Origin: the human T2T-CHM13v2.0 reference genome, Homo sapiens | Length of the DNA stretch: 64,000 nt | Reading direction: 5' to 3' (one strand) | NCBI RefSeq assembly: GCF_009914755.1 | Contig: NC_060930.1 | Part shown: one piece after another, positions 56,681 through 64,000 of the stretch | Layout: every line of letters begins with the position of its first letter | Position numbering within the stretch: position 1 is the stretch's first letter | Position numbers and translations under genes: made by a program | Notes under the pieces: generated by a model | Seen by the model: only the letters and a program-made list of their open reading frames with translations | Told to the model about the DNA's origin: nothing | Databases searched by the model: none

Positions 56681-57232
56681 TCAACTCTGTTCTATTAACG
56701 GAATTAGTGAGTACCCTTAGGTGCCATTTTATGGCAGTAGAGGAGGAGGAAAGAAGAGACAGAAGAAAAGGATAAGGATAGAAAGGGAGAAGGGGAAAGA
56801 AGGAGAAAGGGTTGTGGTAGAGGGCTCCCAATTGCCTTTGCTCACACAGAAGCCGCCAGCACCATATCCCTATAAATGACAGTTGGATGGAACAACCTAG
56901 TCTTCTTGCTTTGACATTTTTCACTGGGTGCTTCTTTCATCATATTGCAATTAGTGTTTACATGCCTGTTTACTCCAGTGAACCATGTCTTGTTCTGCTT
57001 CTTACCCTGAGCACTTAGCCCAGTGCTTGACACACACAGAGTAGGCCTTAATAATGTCTGTTGAATTAACACTGAATACACAACTTCAGATCTTAATTGA
57101 TTTCTTGCCCTCTTGTTTCCATTCATACAGCTTCCTTTTGTTCTGTGAGCCCTCCCAGCCTTTCTCTTTTGCTTCATTGAGTTCATGGTCCCCCTTTCAG
57201 GCCCTCAAAATTGTAAACCTTTATGCTTTTCC

Positions 57233-57530
<298 letters not shown>

Positions 57531-57919
57531 ACTTTTATGCTTTTTCCATTTTTGGCTCTAAGTTGGGACACTTAAACTAGTTCTAGGTGGCCCACAGAGT
57601 GCCTTCTTAGGAAGACAAAGGAAACAGGCTGGGGACAGTGTCTGGGAACAGGAACTTTCTGGGGCCCCAGAAGTATCAGTATCACCAATTCCTGAGCCTG
57701 ACTTTTTTTACTTTGTGAGGGGTTTGACAGGGAGCTATGGTTGAGAGGATAGAGGAGAGGAATGTGGCAGTTCCTGATACCAAGTTTTCATATCCTTCCC
57801 ACCGCTTTGTCCCAGGCCGAAGCATAGAGGCCTACAAGCATTCCCTCACACCCAGCCCTGGCCTGCCAAAGCCAGCCCTGGTCTTTGTGGTAACAAACTT
57901 CTCTCTCCTTCCCTCCCCC

Positions 57920-58347
<428 letters not shown>

Positions 58348-59359
58348 TAAGTTGTAGCTCAAGGGATTTTCTCATGAAGACATGGGGTGCAATGTCTCCT
58401 GGAGGCCAGCTGGCTCACCTTGGGCCCATTTCCTCATTGGCCAACCAGCATACAAGACCTGCTCACCGGGCAGCAGTGAGCTGCTTGACAGCCATATTGA
58501 GGTGGAGGCAAGTAAGGAGGAAAGCTGAATGTCAGTGAGATATTGGCACAGTCTTCGTACACTACAGTGAGGCAGATACGTGTGGGCAGAGCCACCTGTG
58601 GCTTACTTAGAGGAAGGCTGCTATTTGCTTCAAGAGAGGACAAAACCAACAGGTCCATACTTATCTCTCCCTGTCAGCAGATTTGGGTGGCTGTGGCTGG
58701 CCAAGGACACAGCCATGAGATAGACTCATGAGACAGCCAGTCTCACTGGGCTCTGGACAGGACTTGGGTCTCTGGATGGGTCACAGCCTGGGTGAATGAC
58801 AGCCAGGAGAACAACTCTCTGGTTCCATTCCTCCCTGCCTTAGGCTCTAGCTTGAGCAAAGTGGTAGCAGAGCACAGGGGCCTAGGACATTAGCAAGTTC
58901 AACTATATTGGAGCCTTCACAGAAGCATGTGTTTTTCTAGGAGCATCCCTGATGAGCTCCAGCAGTTAAAGGAGGATGAAAACAATAGCCTCAGCAAATT
59001 CTGCAGCAGTTGGGGGCATCCCTGGGAGTCTTTTTTCAATAACATTGTCCCTCACCTATTGCATGACCAGCCACTCTCTGAAATAAAGGTAGAAATAGGT
59101 GCAGGATCTTTCAAGTTGAGCCTGGCTAAGTGAGGTCCACCCTGACCCTCCCATCACCCACTGGGGTTGGAAAGAAAGAAGAGGAATCCTCCAAACTTAC
59201 CGACCCACAGCCTCCAAACTGCCCCAATAGGAAGGCTATGCAGCAGGAAGGAGTTGTGAACTGTGAACTTTCACATAGCACAAAGGACTTGCCCAAACAC
59301 TATGCTAAGAGACTTGACCAGACTTCAGCCTGGCTTCTGCCTACACTAGACTGTGTCCC

Positions 59360-59754
59360 TGTCTTAGTCTGTTTGTGCTGATATGACAAAATGTCTGAAA
59401 CCAGGTCATTTATAAAAGAACAGAAATTTATTTCCACATAGTTCTGGGGGCTGAGAAGTCCAAGATCAAGGCATTAGCAGGTTCAGTGTCTGGTGAGGGC
59501 CTCTGTCTTTGCTTCCAAGATGGTGCCTAGAATGCTGTATCCTCACGTGGCAGAAGAGCAGAACAGCGAAAGGGGGCTAGTTACCTCCAGCCACTAATAA
59601 GGTCACTAATCACATTTTATAAGGTCACTGATCACATTTATGAGAGCTCCACCATCATGACTTAATCACCCCCTGAAGGCCCCACTTGTTAGTGCTATCA
59701 CATTGGTGATTAAGTTCCAACATGTGACTTTGGGGAGACATTCAGACCACAGCA
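59360..59754 (-). mobile_element. MST/MLT1-type MaLR solo LTR
   Basis: tgtcttagtctgtttgtgctg...ttcagaccacagca; 5-bp TSD GTCCC. Confidence 0.8.
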
Positions 59755-60409
59755 GTCCCTAAAGGTGGCCCCAGCCCCTGTGCGAAGTCTTTGCTCAGAA
59801 AAACACAATGCTGCTAAGCTGCAAAATGTACTGTGTCCCAACCCACTTTGCCAAACAGTTTTCAGTAATTTTCCACTCACTCCTTCTGTAATTTTCCATT
59901 TTTCCCAGACTTTCTTTGTCCTCTCTTTTTTTTTACTTCCCCATACCCCCTTTTAATTACCTCTATGATCTCCCTTTAAATGTCCCATTTACCATTGTCT
60001 TAGTTGGAGGTGAGCTCAGTTTATACTAAAGTCTCTCTTCAATACTGCAGTGGTTCGAATAAAATATCTTTCTTTAAAAAGTGACTGATGCTCTTCTCTT
60101 CAACAAGACCAATCTGGAATTTCCACCAATGGCCTCAGCCCTCATGCTCCCAGGCCAAGAAATAGTGGGACCATCCCAGGCACAACAGTGGGATCTATAT
60201 GGGGTCTGCTGAGCCCCAGCAGAGATATGACACAGGCTCACTATCATGGAGAAGCCAGCCATCAACAGGCCCCTGAAGATAGTTGACCACAACACTGCCC
60301 TCCTGACCTAATCACCTCCCCAAAAGCCCCACCTCTTAATATAATCGCCTTGGGAGTTAGGTTTCAACACATGAATTTTGAGAGGACCCACACATTCAGA
60401 TCATAGCAC

Positions 60410-60845
60410 CATTAAACAACAACTTTGCCCCCTGCCCCTAGCCCCTGGTAATCACCATTCTACTTTCTATACATACATACGAATTTGATTACTTTAGATA
60501 CCTCATATTATTGGAATCATGCAGTATTTTTCCTTTTGCAATTGGTTTCACTTAGCATAATGTCCTCAAGTTTCATCCATGTTATAGCATGTGACAGGAT
60601 TTCCTTCATAATAGACAGGCCACATAATATTCCATCGTATGTATACACCACATCTTGTTTATCCAGTCATCCATCAGTGAACATTTGGGTTGTTTCCACC
60701 TCTTGGCTATTGTGAATAATGCCGCTGTGAACATTCTGTATCTCTTGACATTCTGTTTTCAGTTCTTTTGGATATATACCCAGAAGTGGATTGCTGATCA
60801 TTCTATTTTTAATTTTTTGAGTACCCACCATACTGTTTTCCGAAG
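60410..60845 (-). mobile_element. L1M 3' fragment (preceded by MaLR LTR fragment ~60300-60408)
   Basis: tttcacttagcataatgtcctcaagtttcatccatgttatagcatgtgacaggatttcc is typical L1MA/MB 3' sequence. Confidence 0.75.
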
Positions 60846-61065
60846 ATGATGGGCATTTTTATTATTGGTGAATACCCTGGACTTAATATAATGCCTAGGC
60901 ATAAAGGAGACCTTCAAATGCTTTTTGAATACATAAATAATAACAGAAGAGACTAAGGGTAATAAAAACACAGACTTAGGCCTCTCCACCGTGACCTTTT
61001 TTAGCTAAGGCTTAGCCATAATCATTAAAAGCCCTGATCCAGAGGCCTATCTATTCCACGCTTCA

Positions 61066-61467
<402 letters not shown>

Positions 61468-61506
61468 TTATCTATCCATTTCCTTTATTAAATTTTTAAA
61501 TTTCTT

Positions 61507-62021
61507 CTAACAGAAAAAGTATTGATGCCAGTTCCAATAGTTACTTTCCTGCCCTTTGGGGCAGGACAGTTCGATATGTGTACCTCCAGAAGCCCCAGCA
61601 CACATTAGGAAGCCATCTTTGGTCCAGAACTTCTCTATCTGTGCTATCTTTCAGCACCTCCTCAAAATCAGGCTGGTTTTCCAGGCGATAGCACAGATGG
61701 CATCCACAACCTCATAGAAGGCATGCTCAGCAATAGATCTGTCTACCCCAAGGAACTTAGCAGCAAGACACAGAGGCACCAGGGAGGCCAGCAATGCAAC
61801 CCAGTAGCTACTTTCTGAGACACAGACAGAGGCAATTTTATGTGGATGGTTTTCCTTTGAAGATGTGTGGCCAGCTTTTCAAAGATAAAGTAAAATGTCT
61901 CCTTAGACATCAGGAAGGTTTGCCTCCAACTGTCGGGGATGTCTGCCCACTCAGAGGTCCTGCTGAAGATGGGACAATGTGGAGAGAGCTCTGGTCCTGT
62001 GGGCTCTAAGAGATCAAGCAT
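61507..62021 (-). pseudogene. Decayed PIF/Harbinger (HARBI1/DDE_Tnp_4-like) transposase coding fragment
   Basis: Manual translation WRQTFLMSKETFYFIFEKLATHLQRKTIHIKLPLSVSQKVATGLH/fs/LASLVPLCLAAKFLGVDRSIAEHAFYEVVDAIC...GFLMCAGASGGTHIELSCPKGQESNYWNWHQYF shows the family motifs in order and spacing. Confidence 0.8.
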
Positions 62022-62594
62022 CTGGCTCTATGAACAGAGAACAGATGACCTGCTTTGGTTCTCCAATATTGATTCAGTTTGACCTGCATGGTCTGGGCCA
62101 GGGAAGCCACCTGCTCAGCCTCTTCACTCTCAGCCACAAGCACAGCAGCAATGGCTCTCCTTTGCAGGACAGCTTGTGCAAGATGTTGCAGTCCCCCCTG
62201 AGCTTGATGCTGAAAGCATGCTTTGAGGGTGGTGGAGGCCTTTGAGTTGAGTTGGGTACAGTGATGTGTGAGTGTGTGTGACTTTCCTAATAAAAGTCAA
62301 TGAAATTTTCCCCCAGGTAACCGTGGAAGCTCAGGGTTGAGTTAGTTGATGAATATCAGGCCTTCCATTATGAAGTGAATGCAGGTATGAATGAAATTAT
62401 ATCTGTGTAACCACACATCAGTATCTTCCCTCCATGTTCTTACAGAATCAGTCAGCAATACAAGAGCCAAAGTAAAACAGCTCAGAGAAAATAAGACTCA
62501 TTCTTAGTGTGGATATCATTCTTTTCCTCACACAGACTTCCTCTCCTTAATGACCCCTTCCTTCTAAAGGACTTTTCATTTTTCCTGGCCTTCT

Positions 62595-63056
62595 TGTAGC
62601 AGGACGAGCCACAGACAGAGCTCCTCAGACACGGAATTAAAGAAGGAAGGAATTTATTCGGCTGGGAGCATTGGCAAGACTCCTGTCTCAAGAGCCAAGC
62701 TCCCCAAGTGAGCAATTCCTGTCCCTTTTAAGGGCTCACAACTCTAAAGGGGTCCACATGAGAGGGTTCTGATGGATTGAGCAAGCAGCGGGTATGTGAC
62801 TGGGGGCTGCATGCACCAGTAATCAGAACGAGACAGAACAGGACAGGGATTTTTACAATGCTCTTCCATACAATGTCTGGAATCTATAGATAACATAACC
62901 AGTTAGGTCAGGGGTTGATCTTTAACTACCAGGCCCAGGACGCGGCGCCGGGCTGCCTGCCTGTGGATTTCATTTCTGCCTTTTAGTTTTTACTTCTTCT
63001 TTTGTTGGAGGCAGAAATTGGGCATAAGACAATATGAGGGGTGGTCTCCTCCCTTA
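62595..63056 (-). mobile_element. LTR2 (HERV-E family) solo LTR, full length
   Basis: Minus strand TAAGGGAGGAGACCACCCCTCATATTG...CTCGTCCTGCTACA; 4-bp TSD TTCT. Confidence 0.88.
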
Positions 63057-63098
63057 TTCTGACTCTCTTCACCAAGCAAACACATTGGCAAAATTCTA

Positions 63099-63478
<380 letters not shown>

Positions 63479-64000
63479 ATTGGCAAAATTCTACAGGAAG
63501 TCCCTCCCACACACTAAATTCAAAGAGTGCCCTGACAAACCAAACTGCTTCACCAGTTTTACTTGCCCTGATCATCTAACGTCCCCCACAAGCAGGCACA
63601 TGAAGATGGTTAGTTTTTTGTTTTGTTTTTGTTTTGTTTTAAGACAAAAAGCCAAGACCTTTTTCAATCTCGGGTTTCTGCCTTTTAGTTAAAAAATTCA
63701 CTCTATATTTCAATCTATTATGAGGAAGGACCTGCTTGACAGGAGTGAAAAAAAAATCAATTATTCCTTAAAGTTTTCAGAAAGAAAAACCACATGGAAG
63801 AATAGACTTTAACATTAGCATTGGATATTTCTAGATCTCAGCGCTCTCACATTGCCAAGTCACTTGGAATGTCTAATCAGCTGCCTAATGGAGGAACTGA
63901 GACTGCAAAGCATTCTTGACACACCACTGCAGTGCTTTCTCTTTCATACTGCAGTGCTTTCCTGCTGTTTCTTACTTAATGAAAATCTACTTCCATAATA

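Noticed and set aside
58900-59200. GDG and RDNVIEK as further transposase motifs, or a Myb/SANT partner ORF
   Set aside because: Too short and out of expected context; no tryptophan-repeat Myb pattern and no terminal inverted repeats found
59760-59875. ITENC(F)GK, resembling the Harbinger catalytic-Glu motif (VExxFG)
   Set aside because: Needs a frameshift, too close to the WPGS motif, and abuts LTR-like sequence; cannot be supported by eye

Overview
Human (or very close great-ape) genomic DNA from the IL17F-MCM3 interval. Left to right: intron 1, coding exon 1 and promoter of IL17F (minus strand, rest of the gene lies left of the window); a MER21-like LTR; a full-length processed pseudogene of SLC25A20 with a 14-bp target-site duplication (TSD); an Alu/MIR-rich spacer with a candidate Th17-type enhancer; the complete 17-exon MCM3 gene (minus strand, exons sum to 2427 nt = 808 aa + stop, CpG-island E2F/NF-Y/ZNF143 promoter); then ~20 kb of nested transposons. 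The most unusual signal is a decayed PIF/Harbinger (HARBI1/DDE_Tnp_4-like) transposase reading frame at ~61.5-62.0 kb (minus), only partly caught by the ORF track. It has possible further fragments at ~60.1-60.3 kb, a possible N-terminal exon and a same-strand solo LTR2 upstream. Also notable is a 4x50-bp repeat in MCM3 intron 13 whose unit carries splice signals around a stop-containing 15-nt microexon. Repeat family names were assigned by eye and subfamilies are uncertain. Most short ORFs in the track are Alu/LTR artefacts.
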